Assembly (NCBI GenBank): GCA_003661975.1
Contig: QMXE01000003.1
Span: 1-40,021 of the forward strand
From: Candidatus Bathyarchaeota archaeon
GTDB lineage: Archaea; Thermoproteota; Bathyarchaeia; Bathyarchaeales; DTEX01
Length of the DNA stretch: 40,021 nucleotides
Reading direction: 5' to 3'
Positions 16,722 to 27,629 of the stretch are shown here, in pieces. Below the pieces are notes generated by a model that was not told the DNA's origin, ran no database searches, and saw only the letters and a program-made list of their open reading frames with translations. How positions within the stretch are numbered: the first letter of the stretch is position 1; every line of letters starts with the position of its first letter. The translations under genes and the position numbers were made by a program.

Positions 16722-18902
16722 GTGATCCAATTGACTGAGGTTCAGCTTAGAGTAGGTGATGCAAAACAAAGGGATGTAGCCAGAGGAATAGCGAGGATAG
16801 ATCAGCAGACCATGGAGAAACTTCAAGTCTCAGCTGGGGATGTAATCGAGATAATTGGGAAGAAGAGGACATCTGCAATTGCGTGGCCAGCGTACTCGGA
16901 GGATCAGGGTAAGGGAATAATTAGGATTGACGGCTTCACACGTAAGAATGCCGGAGTCTCAATAAATGAGTATGTAACTGTTCGCCGGGCTGAAGTTAGG
17001 GATGCTATAAGCATAGTTTTAGCTCCAATAGATATGCGTCTAAATGTAGATGAGGACTTCACGAACTTCGTTAAGAATAGGCTAATGGAGAGGACATTCG
17101 TTGAGGGAGATACAACTCTGGTCATGATGCTTGGGCATCCAGTTCAGTTCACAGTTATGAAGACTAGGCCCAGGGGCGTAGTTAGATTGACATACGATAC
17201 GAAGCTCCAGATACTCTCTGAGCCTGCTCCCGAGGCGAGGGGCGTTCCAAGGACGACCTATGAGGATATAGGCGGCTTGAAGGAGGAGATACAGAGGCTC
17301 AGAGAGATGGTTGAGCTCCCAATGAGGCATCCTGAGATCTTCCAGAGGCTTGGGATAGACCCGCCTAAGGGTGTTCTCCTGCACGGTCCTCCCGGCTGCG
17401 GTAAGACTCTTCTTGCAAGGGCAGTCGCCAATGAGTCGGATGCGAACTTCTTCTCGATAAATGGACCTGAGATAATGAGCAAATTTTACGGCGAGTCTGA
17501 GGCTAGGCTTCGTGAGATCTTCCAGCAGGCTGAGAAGAATGCCCCTGCAATAATCTTCATTGATGAGTTGGATGCGATAGCGCCTAAACGTGAGGAGGTA
17601 ACGGGGGAGGTTGAGAGGAGAGTTGTAGCTCAGCTCTTAGCATTGCTTGATGGATTGACGAGTAGAGGAAACGTGATCGTTATAGGAGCCACGAACAGAC
17701 CTAACGCCCTTGACCCTGCACTTAGAAGGCCTGGAAGATTCGACCGTGAGATCGAGATTGGAATTCCAGATAAGCAGGGACGATACGAGATCCTACAGAT
17801 CCATACGAGGGGTATGCCTCTGGCGAAGGACGTTGACTTAAGGAAGCTAGCCGAGATAACCCATGGATATACAGGAGCCGACTTGGCTGCTCTATGCCGT
17901 GAAACGGCTATGAAGGCCCTGAGGAGGTATCTGCCCGAGATAGATCTTGAACAGGAGAGGATCCCGCCTAGCGTCTTGGAGAAGATGGAGGTTAAGATGG
18001 AGGACTTCCTGAATGCATATAGGGAGATAACTCCCACGGCTATGAGGGAGGTTGCAGTTGAGGTTCCCACAGTCCACTGGAGTGATATTGGAGATCTAGA
18101 GGAGGTTAAGCAGGAGCTTAGGGAATGCGTTGAGTGGCCTCTTAAGCATCCGGAAGTCTTCAAGAGGATGGGGATAAAGCCTCCTAAGGGTGTTCTACTC
18201 TTCGGTCCTCCCGGCTGCGGTAAGACTCTTCTTGCAAGGGCAGTCGCAACTGAGAGTGAGGCAAACTTCATATCTATTAAGGGTCCAGAGGTCTTCTCAA
18301 AGTGGGTTGGAGAGTCCGAGAGGGCCATCAGGGAGGTCTTCCGAAAGGCTAGAATGTCCGCCCCAGCGATAATCTTCTTCGACGAGATCGACGCGTTGGT
18401 TCCGAGGAGAGGAGCAGGATACGCGGATAGCGGGGTGACCGAGAGGGTTATCAGTCAGCTCCTAACCGAGATAGATGGAATAGAGACCCTTCAGGAGGTT
18501 GTGATATTGGCGGCTACAAATAGGCCTGACATACTGGATCCAGCGATCCTCAGGCCGGGCAGGATCGATAGGATGATCTATGTTTCAGAGCCAGATGAGG
18601 AGGCCAGATACCAGATATTCAGGATACACACGAAGAACATGCCCCTGTCGGAGGATGTCGATCTAAGGAAACTCGCAAGCCTAACTAAGGGATACTCCGG
18701 AGCTGACATAGAGTCTGTCTGCCGTGAAGCAGCATTAATAGCGCTGAGAAGGGACATAAACTCAAAGGCCGTTACATTCGCAGATTTCGAGGAGGCACTC
18801 GAGAAGATCGGGCCGAGCATAACGCCAGACATGGACAAGTGGTATAGGAACTTCATGAAGCAGGCTAGAAAGGCTCAGAAGCCAGCTCCTCTAATAGCAT
18901 AG
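16722..18902 (+). CDS. cdc48: CDC48/VAT AAA+ ATPase
   Basis: N domain plus two AAA modules (GPPGCGKT twice, FIDELD/FFDEID, RPGR); start may be TTG 16731. Confidence 0.97.
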   Translation: MIQLTEVQLRVGDAKQRDVARGIARIDQQTMEKLQVSAGDVIEIIGKKRTSAIAWPAYSEDQGKGIIRIDGFTRKNAGVSINEYVTVRRAEVRDAISIVLAPIDMRLNVDEDFTNFVKNRLMERTFVEGDTTLVMMLGHPVQFTVMKTRPRGVVRLTYDTKLQILSEPAPEARGVPRTTYEDIGGLKEEIQRLREMVELPMRHPEIFQRLGIDPPKGVLLHGPPGCGKTLLARAVANESDANFFSINGPEIMSKFYGESEARLREIFQQAEKNAPAIIFIDELDAIAPKREEVTGEVERRVVAQLLALLDGLTSRGNVIVIGATNRPNALDPALRRPGRFDREIEIGIPDKQGRYEILQIHTRGMPLAKDVDLRKLAEITHGYTGADLAALCRETAMKALRRYLPEIDLEQERIPPSVLEKMEVKMEDFLNAYREITPTAMREVAVEVPTVHWSDIGDLEEVKQELRECVEWPLKHPEVFKRMGIKPPKGVLLFGPPGCGKTLLARAVATESEANFISIKGPEVFSKWVGESERAIREVFRKARMSAPAIIFFDEIDALVPRRGAGYADSGVTERVISQLLTEIDGIETLQEVVILAATNRPDILDPAILRPGRIDRMIYVSEPDEEARYQIFRIHTKNMPLSEDVDLRKLASLTKGYSGADIESVCREAALIALRRDINSKAVTFADFEEALEKIGPSITPDMDKWYRNFMKQARKAQKPAPLIA
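17384..17428 (+). repeat. 45-bp exact direct repeat, copy 1 (cdc48 D1 Walker A)
   Basis: CGGTCCTCCCGGCTGCGGTAAGACTCTTCTTGCAAGGGCAGTCGC, identical to 18203-18247. Confidence 0.95.
18203..18247 (+). repeat. 45-bp exact direct repeat, copy 2 (cdc48 D2 Walker A)
   Basis: Identical to 17384-17428. Confidence 0.95.
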
Positions 18903-18918
18903 AAGGGTAGGAAGTGGA

Positions 18919-19143
18919 ATGAGCACATGGAAGATCCATCCGGTCTACCTGACGATAATAGAGATCCTCAGAGAGAAGGGATCAATGACGGATACGGAGC
19001 TACTAGAAGCCCTAAGAGTCTTCTATAAGGATATAGGAATGGATGACCTAAACAAGAATCTAATGGCCATGGAGATATCGGGACTAATCCACGTCTCATC
19101 ATTGACGAGGGGAAAAAGACTAATTGAACTGATAGAAAAATAA
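18919..19143 (+). CDS. small winged-helix protein
   Basis: 74 aa, IIEILREKGSMTDTELLEAL...LNKNLMAMEISGLIHV wHTH pattern; follows cdc48 after 16 nt. Confidence 0.75.
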   Translation: MSTWKIHPVYLTIIEILREKGSMTDTELLEALRVFYKDIGMDDLNKNLMAMEISGLIHVSSLTRGKRLIELIEK

Positions 19144-19408
19144 TATAAATCTTCAGCCGAGTCTTCGCTGAGAAAGCCTCAATGTCTTCTTTAGGATGGG
19201 GCGTTCTCAAGAGAGTGGGCTGAGCGGGGATTAATGCAGCTGTGATCCCAACCTTAAAGCAGATGCCGCAAACATTTTCCTTCAGACTGTTCAGGATCGA
19301 ATAGTTGACGGTGACATCCAATTTCCATTTGAGATGTTCAATGATGAAAACGAAAATGTTAATCTTCTATCGCCGCCATATGATGGCGTCAACATGGAGG
19401 TTCAAATT

Positions 19409-20362
19409 TTGGGTTCATGGATCTTCACTCATGGTGATGTTGATGGCTTATGTGCTGGAGCCATAGCCCTAGCGGCATACCCTGATGCCAATGTATTCTT
19501 CACGCATCCATACGGCTTAGAGGGGGATCTACATGAGGCTAAAGACGCTGACAGAATCATAATATGCGATATTGCCCTCTCAGAGAGTCATCTGAATGGT
19601 CTCTTAAAGGCATTCTCCAAGATAGCCGAGACGAGCGAACTAATATACATCGATCATCATCCATTACCAGAAGGCCTATCCGAAGATGAGATCGCCGGAG
19701 TTGTCGTTCACAGCCTTGACTCCTCAGCCTCAGAGCTAACCTATAGGTTCTTTCAGTCCCGGATAGACTCACTTCATGCCAGAACGGCGATCATGGGCGC
19801 TATTGGAGACTATCTTGATGATACGCCGCTCATCAAACGGTTATTGGAGAGATGGGATAAGAGGACATTATACTTCGAGAGCGGCCTGCTGATTCAGGGG
19901 ATCGAGGGCCAAAAGAGAAACTATGATCTAAAACGGAGCATAGTGTATAATTTGGCGAATAAAATCCCTCCGAGCTTCGATAGGATGCTCGTGGAGCTAG
20001 CAATCCAGAATACGCATTTGGAGGAGATAGCGATTAGGGAGCTACGTGACAGGGCGAAACTATATGGAAATGTAGCATACATACTCAACTTTCCCTTCTC
20101 ACATGGGAAAACCGCAACTTACATTCGGGGATTAACGGGTGCGATGGTTGGATTGGCAGGGGAGGAGAGAAGGGGCATGATAGATATGAGCCTAAGAGCA
20201 AGCAGCCAAAAGATAGACCTAAACAGAATATTAAGGAGGATAACTCCTCATCTCGGCGGAAGCGGAGGTGGACATCCAATGGCAGCGGGAGCAAGAGTCC
20301 CCAAAGAAAAGTTCATGGAGTTCCTTAGGGAACTGAATGAATGCCTAAGGGGGATCGATTAG
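19409..20362 (+). CDS. DHH/DHHA1 phosphoesterase (RecJ/NrnA superfamily)
   Basis: THGDVDG, ICDIA, YIDHH, SGGGHPMAAG; start moved to TTG 19409 behind GGAGGT. Confidence 0.88.
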   Translation: MGSWIFTHGDVDGLCAGAIALAAYPDANVFFTHPYGLEGDLHEAKDADRIIICDIALSESHLNGLLKAFSKIAETSELIYIDHHPLPEGLSEDEIAGVVVHSLDSSASELTYRFFQSRIDSLHARTAIMGAIGDYLDDTPLIKRLLERWDKRTLYFESGLLIQGIEGQKRNYDLKRSIVYNLANKIPPSFDRMLVELAIQNTHLEEIAIRELRDRAKLYGNVAYILNFPFSHGKTATYIRGLTGAMVGLAGEERRGMIDMSLRASSQKIDLNRILRRITPHLGGSGGGHPMAAGARVPKEKFMEFLRELNECLRGID

Positions 20363-21564
20363 CCTGGAGGCGGGCGGACTTCAAGCTCCAAAGTAACGTT
20401 CACCAGCCTCCCAGCCCTTATAACGGCAATCTGGATCTTATCTCCAGGCTTGGTATTCCTCTCGAGATATGTTGACAAGTCATCTCCATTCCTAATTCTA
20501 GTCCCATTGATCATGACTATTATGTCGCCGCCTACCTTTATGCGCAGGTCATTAACGATTACTGTTCTATTTCCACCTCTCAACCCCGCCTTCTCAGCTG
20601 GGCTTTTAGGTATGACCTCAACGACGAGTAATCCATACGTGACATTCACATTCATTATCTTTGCAATGTCATAGTTCATGTCGACTCCTCTTATCCCAAG
20701 CCATGGATGCGGATAGCTCTTTCCCCTAATCAGATAAGGCAGCTCCCTAAGGATGGTATCTGAGGGAATCGCAAATCCAACTCCCTGAGCCCCCGCGATT
20801 ATGGCCGTCGTAACGCCGACGACTTCACCGCGTAGATTAAGTAGAGGTCCTCCGGAGTTTCCTGGATTTATCGGCGTGCTTATCTGGATCACATCTGCTA
20901 TCGGATATCCTCCAGTCGCAGACTCGCTTATAGATCTGCCGAGCTGACTTATGACGCCAGTCGTTATTGAGCCCGCCAATCCGAAGGGGCTTCCAATCGC
21001 TATTACTGGCTGACCGATCTTAAGGGTGGATGAACTGGCTATTCTAAGCGGCTTAAGCTTAGATGCTGGCGCATCCGCTGATAGTATGGCTAGGTCGCTG
21101 TATGGGTCTCTTCCGATGACATAGGCTGGGTATGTCTCTCCGCTTAGAAGCGAGATCGTTATATCTGAGGCCTTCTCGACGACGTGATTATTAGTTATAA
21201 CTATTAACTTTCCATCGTAAGAGTATATGAAGCCTGAACCTTGAACCTCCCCATATTCGCTTCCGAAGATGGTTTGCCTAATGATCTTCCCGCGAATAAC
21301 GACGACTGAGTCCTTAACCATATCATATACTTCGCTGAATGAGTAGGTTGACTGAACAGAGATGTTTTGTGTCTCCAAATTTGAGATTTCACTACGGATC
21401 TGCGATATTTGATCGCTTAACTCCTTTATCCGTATGCTCTCCTTTTGTATGGTATCCTGCAAATCCCGAAGGTTAAATGCCAGTATGGAGATCGAGCCGA
21501 GATAAATGATCAAAGAGATGACTAGGAAGGTCTTCAGGGTGAACGGCTCGTCTCGTCCACTCAA
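20359..21564 (-). CDS. htrA: membrane-anchored HtrA/DegP serine protease with PDZ domain
   Basis: N-terminal TM helix and coiled coil, GSGF, TNNHVV, SDLA, INPGNSGGPL, C-terminal PDZ. Confidence 0.92.
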   Translation of the reverse strand: MSGRDEPFTLKTFLVISLIIYLGSISILAFNLRDLQDTIQKESIRIKELSDQISQIRSEISNLETQNISVQSTYSFSEVYDMVKDSVVVIRGKIIRQTIFGSEYGEVQGSGFIYSYDGKLIVITNNHVVEKASDITISLLSGETYPAYVIGRDPYSDLAILSADAPASKLKPLRIASSSTLKIGQPVIAIGSPFGLAGSITTGVISQLGRSISESATGGYPIADVIQISTPINPGNSGGPLLNLRGEVVGVTTAIIAGAQGVGFAIPSDTILRELPYLIRGKSYPHPWLGIRGVDMNYDIAKIMNVNVTYGLLVVEVIPKSPAEKAGLRGGNRTVIVNDLRIKVGGDIIVMINGTRIRNGDDLSTYLERNTKPGDKIQIAVIRAGRLVNVTLELEVRPPPG

Positions 21565-21650
21565 GATGCATCCCCAGCAGATCTAAATTACACTTGTAAA
21601 ATTAAGGGTTATCATCCGCTCAGTCATGAAGCCCATGCAATAATAGCATC

Positions 21651-22712
21651 CTAATCGTATCTGCCGTATTTTTTGACGAGCTCTATAACCCTCATGTACT
21701 GCTTGAAGCTGACGTTCTTCGGAACGGAGTGATCCGAATGGTATATGTATCCGCCTCCCTCCTTGGCAACTGTTATCTTCCTCTTAATCTCCTCCTCTAT
21801 GGGCTTCGGATCATCCAGTGCCATTAGCCTGACATCTATTCCGCCCATAAATGCTATTTTATCGCCATACTCCTCCTTTAATTCGATCAAGTCCATTCCA
21901 GCCTTAACCTCTAATGGCTGAAGACAATCTATTCCCTCCTCAATGAAGTATGGTATCAGATCCTTAACTCTCCCGCAGCTATGAAGGATCACGTACATGC
22001 CTCTACTATGAAAGAACCTGCATAGCTCCTTAAAGACTGGGTGTAGCTGCTCCTCAAAGTGCCTCGGAGAGAAGAATAGGCCCTTCCTATATCCCAGATC
22101 ACATGCGAGAAAGGCACCGTCAAATTTGAATCCCGCCCTGATCATCCTATCGCACATCTCCATCACGAGCTTTGCATCAGTCCAATACATGTCTATGACC
22201 CAATCCGGCTCGGCTATCACGGCCTTCAAGAGGCGGGGAGTCGCAACATAGGCTTGGATCTTATCGAATCCAACAGCAGCCCTGTAAGTTATGAATCGTC
22301 CCCGACTGTATTGTCTATGAAACTCCCGGAGGCCTGTGACCCAGTCAACCCTATAATCGCTGGGCTTTAATCTAGGCTTTATCCTCTCCCAGTCCTCCCT
22401 GCTCTTACATGGATAATCAATTATCATTGGAGTTGTGGAGTAGTCGCGATGATTCTTTCTTATGCCGCCGAAGCTCGTCCTCTCCACGATATACTCATCA
22501 TCCTCAGATATGACCTCAACTGGAAACTGAGGGGAAGTATCAGCTCCGAATCCGCATATCTCATAGCCGAAATAATCCGCTGGTGAAACCCCTGAGGGAA
22601 GCCCCTCGGTCCTCCACCTATCAACGGTCGCCTGCCATGGACTATCATGTATTGGGATCCTATCGGCCTCACGGTGCTCAAGGGCCATCTTAACTCTCTC
22701 ACGAGGCTCCAT
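21651..22712 (-). CDS. uroporphyrinogen decarboxylase / MtaA-CmuA superfamily protein
   Basis: RERVKMALEHREADRIP, DLG, LHSCG, QPLE, GGID, GGGYIYHSDHSV; start moved to ATG 22712. Confidence 0.85.
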   Translation of the reverse strand: MEPRERVKMALEHREADRIPIHDSPWQATVDRWRTEGLPSGVSPADYFGYEICGFGADTSPQFPVEVISEDDEYIVERTSFGGIRKNHRDYSTTPMIIDYPCKSREDWERIKPRLKPSDYRVDWVTGLREFHRQYSRGRFITYRAAVGFDKIQAYVATPRLLKAVIAEPDWVIDMYWTDAKLVMEMCDRMIRAGFKFDGAFLACDLGYRKGLFFSPRHFEEQLHPVFKELCRFFHSRGMYVILHSCGRVKDLIPYFIEEGIDCLQPLEVKAGMDLIELKEEYGDKIAFMGGIDVRLMALDDPKPIEEEIKRKITVAKEGGGYIYHSDHSVPKNVSFKQYMRVIELVKKYGRYD

Positions 22713-22785
22713 ACAGATCACTCCAAGCCTCATTCACTAATGCATCCAGAAAATGTTATATCTTTATCGGGCTGGACATAAAGCC

Positions 22786-23634
22786 TCAACGTTGAACCCT
22801 AACGATAACGATTGGTTTATGCTCGATTCTCCTCAACATCTCCCATGTAACACCCGTTAGGTCAACGCTGAATCTATCAGCCATGTCCCAGACTGTCCGT
22901 CCCGCCCCGAAGCCCCTAGCTCTATTCGCCGCCTCAGCTATATTCAAGGCTGACTCTACATCTAATCTTATACCCGAGATGGCAATTGGGGTTGATCTAC
23001 GTTTCAATCTCAGCGCCCTTCCAAGGATATATGCCGCCGCGGGAAGCCTATGTATCCCATTAAAGGAGATTGGGCGGTGTGTAAAGTGAAAGTTTCTGAA
23101 TGAGTATGTCTTGTCGGTATCCACGATCATAACTGCAACTCTCTTTGCAAGCCTGCTTCGTATATAAAGCCTAATCTCATCAGCGTCTCTCTGCGGGTCA
23201 CCAAGTGGGAGACATACATATGCGTATGGCAAGTTGCTACCGTCAATTCCACCCTCAGAGCCCCAAAGCAGAGCCTCCAAGAATCCCGCGTATCTCAATG
23301 CCACTTGCTTATGTCTGCCTCCATCCTCGCATGGATACCTCCTTAATCTCTGAATATTCTTCTTCCTCAGGTGGCATAATCTCCCCAAAAAGTATCCCCA
23401 TATTATCCTCGTCCATAAGCGGGCTAAGAACCTAGCCAGCAATCCTGCCTTCACGCGCTTCTCATCGATTATCAGTCCCTTAGCGATAGACAATGCCTTC
23501 TCAGAGATCACGATTATGTCTCCATCATTCAATTTGCCCCTGAGAGCCGAGACTATAATATCCAAGTAATTCGAATTGGGCATCCAATACTCCGTTCTGA
23601 TCGCGCTGATGGAGTATTCCTTCATCTCCAGCAT
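22786..23634 (-). CDS. coenzyme F420:L-glutamate ligase (CofE)-like protein
   Basis: GDIIVISEK, GGIDGSN, IVDTD motifs; substrate not established. Confidence 0.75.
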   Translation of the reverse strand: MLEMKEYSISAIRTEYWMPNSNYLDIIVSALRGKLNDGDIIVISEKALSIAKGLIIDEKRVKAGLLARFLARLWTRIIWGYFLGRLCHLRKKNIQRLRRYPCEDGGRHKQVALRYAGFLEALLWGSEGGIDGSNLPYAYVCLPLGDPQRDADEIRLYIRSRLAKRVAVMIVDTDKTYSFRNFHFTHRPISFNGIHRLPAAAYILGRALRLKRRSTPIAISGIRLDVESALNIAEAANRARGFGAGRTVWDMADRFSVDLTGVTWEMLRRIEHKPIVIVRVQR

Positions 23635-23721
23635 TTCCGAAATGAAGCGGTAGAACTAAACGAAATATAAGGGAAATCGCTCTTTTAATGATTAGTTAGG
23701 GATTTCGGGAAATATGAGCGT

Positions 23722-25398
23722 ATGAGTAGCAATCTCCTAGAGCAGAACTTGAAGACATCAATTCAGAATCTGTGCATGCGGAGATTCTCTGAGGAGATGC
23801 TGGCGGCCTCCGCCCAGCCAGTATTCGTAGGGATAAATGGAACAAAGGGCAGGATAGACGTAACTGTAATACTCAAGTCTTCAACCCGTAAGTTGTCTTA
23901 TAGACGGGAAACCCTCAGTGACAGAATAGTCTCCATCCTAGCAGCCGACCATAGAACATTCGAGATGGATGTCGAGAGCGACTGGCTTGGAGGATTACTA
24001 ACCGAGAGCCTGCTCTTTCCGTATGAGCCACTGATCAATGAGGCTCTCCTCAGACACTATGAGATCAAACTTAAAATGAGGATGATAAGCGAGATCATAG
24101 ATAATCTTATCCTCGAGTATCCGGAGCTCTCTAGGGAGATACTGATCAAACCCGAATACTTCATGTGGGAAACTATAGCTCGGAAGATCTCGCTGTATCC
24201 GCCGAGTATATGTAGGCTCTTAGATCCTAAACGCGGAGTGATCATCAGGGAAATTCAAGAATTGATCATGCCCGGTTTTCTTAAGGCCCTTAAGAGACTG
24301 GAAGGGGATCATGTAATCTCCATCTCAAATGGATATGTCAAGATAAGTGAACGCTATATTGAGTCCCTCAAGGGCTGGAGGATAAGAATTCCAAGTCTCC
24401 TCAGGAATGTCAGAGACGCCATACTTAGGCATGGAATTGAGTTCTTCCCTAAAATGATGAGTTCCCTCCTAGAAGATTATACTGCATTTACAACTCAATC
24501 AATTACTGAGGGAAGACTTCCATCTGAAATTGAAGATGCAAAGAGTTTCCTCTTCATTCCGACATCCTCGGGGCTGGCATCCCTGTCGGAAAAGAGGAGA
24601 ATCAGCAGCTTTATAGATTCCCTATTCGCAGGGAAGAGTTCAACTGTTAGGATTGAGAGGCTGGGAGGAGTATTAAACTCCGTTTATCTCATAACGGTTA
24701 GGGAGAATGGAGAGCTCAAGCGAAGAGTCGCAAAGGTCTTTAAGAGCTGGTATAACCTAAAGTGGCTTCCAATAGCATTATGGACCCTCGGATCAAAGGA
24801 GTTCGCGGTTTTGGGGAAGACGAGGCTTGAGAGAGAATACTCCATAAATAGGCTCCTCTCAAGCAATGGGATAGCTGTTCCGAGAATTCTGCATATAAGC
24901 CCATCTGAGGGGATACTGATTCAGGAATATATTGAAGGTGAGAGTTTAACGCGGATAATAAAGAGGATATGCTCATCAGGCGGCGATGACGAGCGGCTCT
25001 ACTCCATAATCAGCATGGTCGGAGAGGAGATAGCCAAGATCCACAGCTTAAACGTCTCGCTTGGAGACTGCAAGCCCGAAAACATCAAGTTAGCCGAGGA
25101 TGGAAGGATATTCTTTCTCGATCTAGAGCAGGCTGAGAGAGGAGGTGATCAAGCATGGGACATAGCAGAGTTCCTTTACTATTCGGGGCACTACGCCTCC
25201 CTATCTCCACTTAAAGTTCCAAGAAGAATTACTGAGAGCTTCATAGATGGGTATTTAAAGGGCGGGGAAAGGGTCGAGAATATTAAGCGTGTTAGATCAC
25301 CAAGATACATTAGGGCCTTCAGCTTCTTCACTCCGCCCCACATAATCTACGTAATAGCGAATACATGCATTAGGAAGATCAGGACGGAATCGGGCTGA
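23722..25398 (+). CDS. protein with C-terminal atypical kinase domain (Kdo/RIO/Bud32-like) and a long uncharacterised N-terminal region
   Basis: GGVLNSVY, VAKVF, EY..N, GDCKPEN catalytic loop, DLEQA, WDIAEF. Confidence 0.75.
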   Translation: MSSNLLEQNLKTSIQNLCMRRFSEEMLAASAQPVFVGINGTKGRIDVTVILKSSTRKLSYRRETLSDRIVSILAADHRTFEMDVESDWLGGLLTESLLFPYEPLINEALLRHYEIKLKMRMISEIIDNLILEYPELSREILIKPEYFMWETIARKISLYPPSICRLLDPKRGVIIREIQELIMPGFLKALKRLEGDHVISISNGYVKISERYIESLKGWRIRIPSLLRNVRDAILRHGIEFFPKMMSSLLEDYTAFTTQSITEGRLPSEIEDAKSFLFIPTSSGLASLSEKRRISSFIDSLFAGKSSTVRIERLGGVLNSVYLITVRENGELKRRVAKVFKSWYNLKWLPIALWTLGSKEFAVLGKTRLEREYSINRLLSSNGIAVPRILHISPSEGILIQEYIEGESLTRIIKRICSSGGDDERLYSIISMVGEEIAKIHSLNVSLGDCKPENIKLAEDGRIFFLDLEQAERGGDQAWDIAEFLYYSGHYASLSPLKVPRRITESFIDGYLKGGERVENIKRVRSPRYIRAFSFFTPPHIIYVIANTCIRKIRTESG

Positions 25399-25445
25399 GC
25401 AATCCATTTTTATCCATAATGAGCCTTAATCATTCTTGGTATGAG

Positions 25446-26759
25446 ATGACGAGCATAACCTTCTACGGCGGTGTCAATGAGATAGGTGGAAATAAGATCC
25501 TCATAGAAGATGAGGATTCAAGGATACTTCTAGACTTCGGCATGTCATTCACCCTGAGATACCAGTATTACTCAATTCCATTTCTATCGCCCAAAGATGA
25601 GAATGACCTACTAGAATTTGGGATCCTACCTCGGCTTCGGGGGGCATACCAGTTTGAGTGTGATGAACCAGCAATAGATGCTGTCTTTCTTTCACATTCA
25701 CATCTCGACCACTCGGCGTACATATCCTTCCTCAAAAGGGAGATACCAGTCTACTGCGGCGAGACAACCGCGACCATATTAAGGGCCTACAGTGAAGTCC
25801 ACCTTCCCAGCCTAGAATTCAATATTGAAGGATTAAGATTCAATACGTTCAGAACTGGAGATAAAGTGAGGATTGGAAGCATCGAGGTTGAACCGATCCA
25901 CGTGGATCATTCAGTTCCAGGATCCTATGGTTTTATAGTCCACACAACCTCCGGGACGATCATCTATACGGGAGACTTCAGGAGGCATGGTTCAAGACCC
26001 GATTTAACGGAGGACTTCATAGGCAGATCCTCTGAGAGCCATCCGGAAGCCCTGATCTGTGAGAGCACGAATATGGCTTCAGTTGAGATATCATCTGAGA
26101 GGGAAGTGATGGAGAAGATCAATAATGTGGTCAGTAGAGCATCTGGACTTGTGATGGCAAACTTCTCATGGGCTGATATTGACAGGCTTAGATCATTCTA
26201 TGAGGCCGCTGAGAAGAATGAGAGAAGCCTCGTCGTCACGCCTAAACAGGCTCATCTATTGAATCAGCTAAGCGGAGATCCACACTTGAATGTTCCGAAG
26301 ATCGATGAGCTCCTAATCTTCAGGAGGGAGAAGAAGAGATATTATGATTGGGAGAAGGAGATTATGGATTCAGCCGAGACGATAGATTCCCATGAGATAT
26401 CGGGGAGGCAGAGCGAGATCATCCTTGTCTGCTCCTTTTATGACCTGACCGAACTGACGGAGATAAGACCCGATGCCGGAAGCTGCTACATATTATCCGC
26501 TTCCGAGCCATTCAATGAGGAGATGGAGATGGACTATAATAGGCTGATAAACTGGCTTGAGCACTACGGCCTCCCACAATTTCACATTCACGTATCCGGG
26601 CATATCACGCCTCTGCATCTCAGAGAATCGATCATGACGATAGATCCGAAGCTTGTATTTCCAATTCACGGAGTCCACCTGGATCTCTTCCGCAGATTCA
26701 TGAGGGATATAAGAGGCGAAATAATAACGCCTGAAAAGGATAAAAGATATCGGATTTAA
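25446..26759 (+). CDS. beta-CASP metallo-beta-lactamase ribonuclease (RNase J-like)
   Basis: GGVNEIGGN, LDFG, SHSHLDH, DHSVPGS, YTGDFR, ESTN, HVSGH, PIHG; start moved to ATG 25446. Confidence 0.88.
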   Translation: MTSITFYGGVNEIGGNKILIEDEDSRILLDFGMSFTLRYQYYSIPFLSPKDENDLLEFGILPRLRGAYQFECDEPAIDAVFLSHSHLDHSAYISFLKREIPVYCGETTATILRAYSEVHLPSLEFNIEGLRFNTFRTGDKVRIGSIEVEPIHVDHSVPGSYGFIVHTTSGTIIYTGDFRRHGSRPDLTEDFIGRSSESHPEALICESTNMASVEISSEREVMEKINNVVSRASGLVMANFSWADIDRLRSFYEAAEKNERSLVVTPKQAHLLNQLSGDPHLNVPKIDELLIFRREKKRYYDWEKEIMDSAETIDSHEISGRQSEIILVCSFYDLTELTEIRPDAGSCYILSASEPFNEEMEMDYNRLINWLEHYGLPQFHIHVSGHITPLHLRESIMTIDPKLVFPIHGVHLDLFRRFMRDIRGEIITPEKDKRYRI

Positions 26760-26789
26760 TAATACACTAAAAGAGGTCAGTGATCAATC

Positions 26790-27563
26790 TTGGAGAATAT
26801 CATCCGAGAGGGGGATGATGTGCTTTTATATCTAGATAAGAGGAGAAGCTACCTTGTTAGGATAGAAAGGCAAAAGAGGATTCACACGCATAAGGGCTTC
26901 ATAGACCTAACTGGGCTGATAGGCAGAGAATTTGGCACTCGAATACATAGCAATAAGGGAGTTGAATTCATAGCGTTCAAGCCGACAATAAGGGATTACA
27001 TATTTAAGATCTCGAGGAGAACGCAGATAATATACCCAAAGGATATATCCCTAATAGTATTCTTCAGCGGGATCGAGCCTGGAAGCCGAGTTGTTGAGGG
27101 AGGAACAGGGGCTGGAGCTTTGACGGCGGCCTTGGCGAGTTATGTGAGGCCGTCCGGAAAAGTTTATAGCTATGAGATCAGAAGGGAATTCCTGGAGGTG
27201 GCGGCTGAAAACCTTAGGAGAATAGGCATGATCGATTATGTCGAATTAAAGAATAGAGATTTAACGGAGGGAATAGAAGAGAGGGATGTCGACGCCGTCA
27301 TCTTAGACATGGCGACTCCTTGGCTTGTAGTTCCGCATGCCTATGAGGCGCTTAGGGGAAGCGGAGCCTTCGTATCATTCAGTCCAACCGTGGATCAAGT
27401 CGTAAAGACTGTTGAGGCTCTGAGGCAGTATGGATTTGCGGGCATAGAAACATTCGAGTCGATGTTTAGGGGAATGCAGATAGAGAGGGGTAGAACTCGC
27501 CCTGAGACATTGATGACTGGTCATACGGGATATATAACTGTCGCGAGGAAAGCATTGAAGTAA
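26790..27563 (+). CDS. trmI: tRNA (adenine-N1)-methyltransferase
   Basis: HTHKG, RRTQIIYPKD, EGGTGAGAL, LDMATPW, FSPT, HTGYI. Confidence 0.94.
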   Translation: MENIIREGDDVLLYLDKRRSYLVRIERQKRIHTHKGFIDLTGLIGREFGTRIHSNKGVEFIAFKPTIRDYIFKISRRTQIIYPKDISLIVFFSGIEPGSRVVEGGTGAGALTAALASYVRPSGKVYSYEIRREFLEVAAENLRRIGMIDYVELKNRDLTEGIEERDVDAVILDMATPWLVVPHAYEALRGSGAFVSFSPTVDQVVKTVEALRQYGFAGIETFESMFRGMQIERGRTRPETLMTGHTGYITVARKALK

Positions 27564-27629
27564 GGCATAGAAGATAAAGTATATGTGTTTGATATTGTGT
27601 GATCTTTTGAGAATGCGGGGAATCCGGGC

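Noticed and set aside
17630-18328. Long antisense ORF (232 aa) and other opposite-strand ORFs over real genes
   Set aside because: Shadow ORFs of conserved CDSs with no recognisable motifs.
18968-19321. Minus-strand ORF containing NVCGICFKVG, faintly like a sugar-isomerase TIM-barrel motif
   Set aside because: Overlaps the wHTH gene, lacks the key D and H residues, and the similarity is too short to support even a pseudogene call.
21588-21599. TTACACTTGTAA upstream of htrA, resembling the hsp20-operon half-sites
   Set aside because: Spacer is 4 nt rather than 6 and the flanks differ; short AT-rich symmetry of this kind arises by chance.
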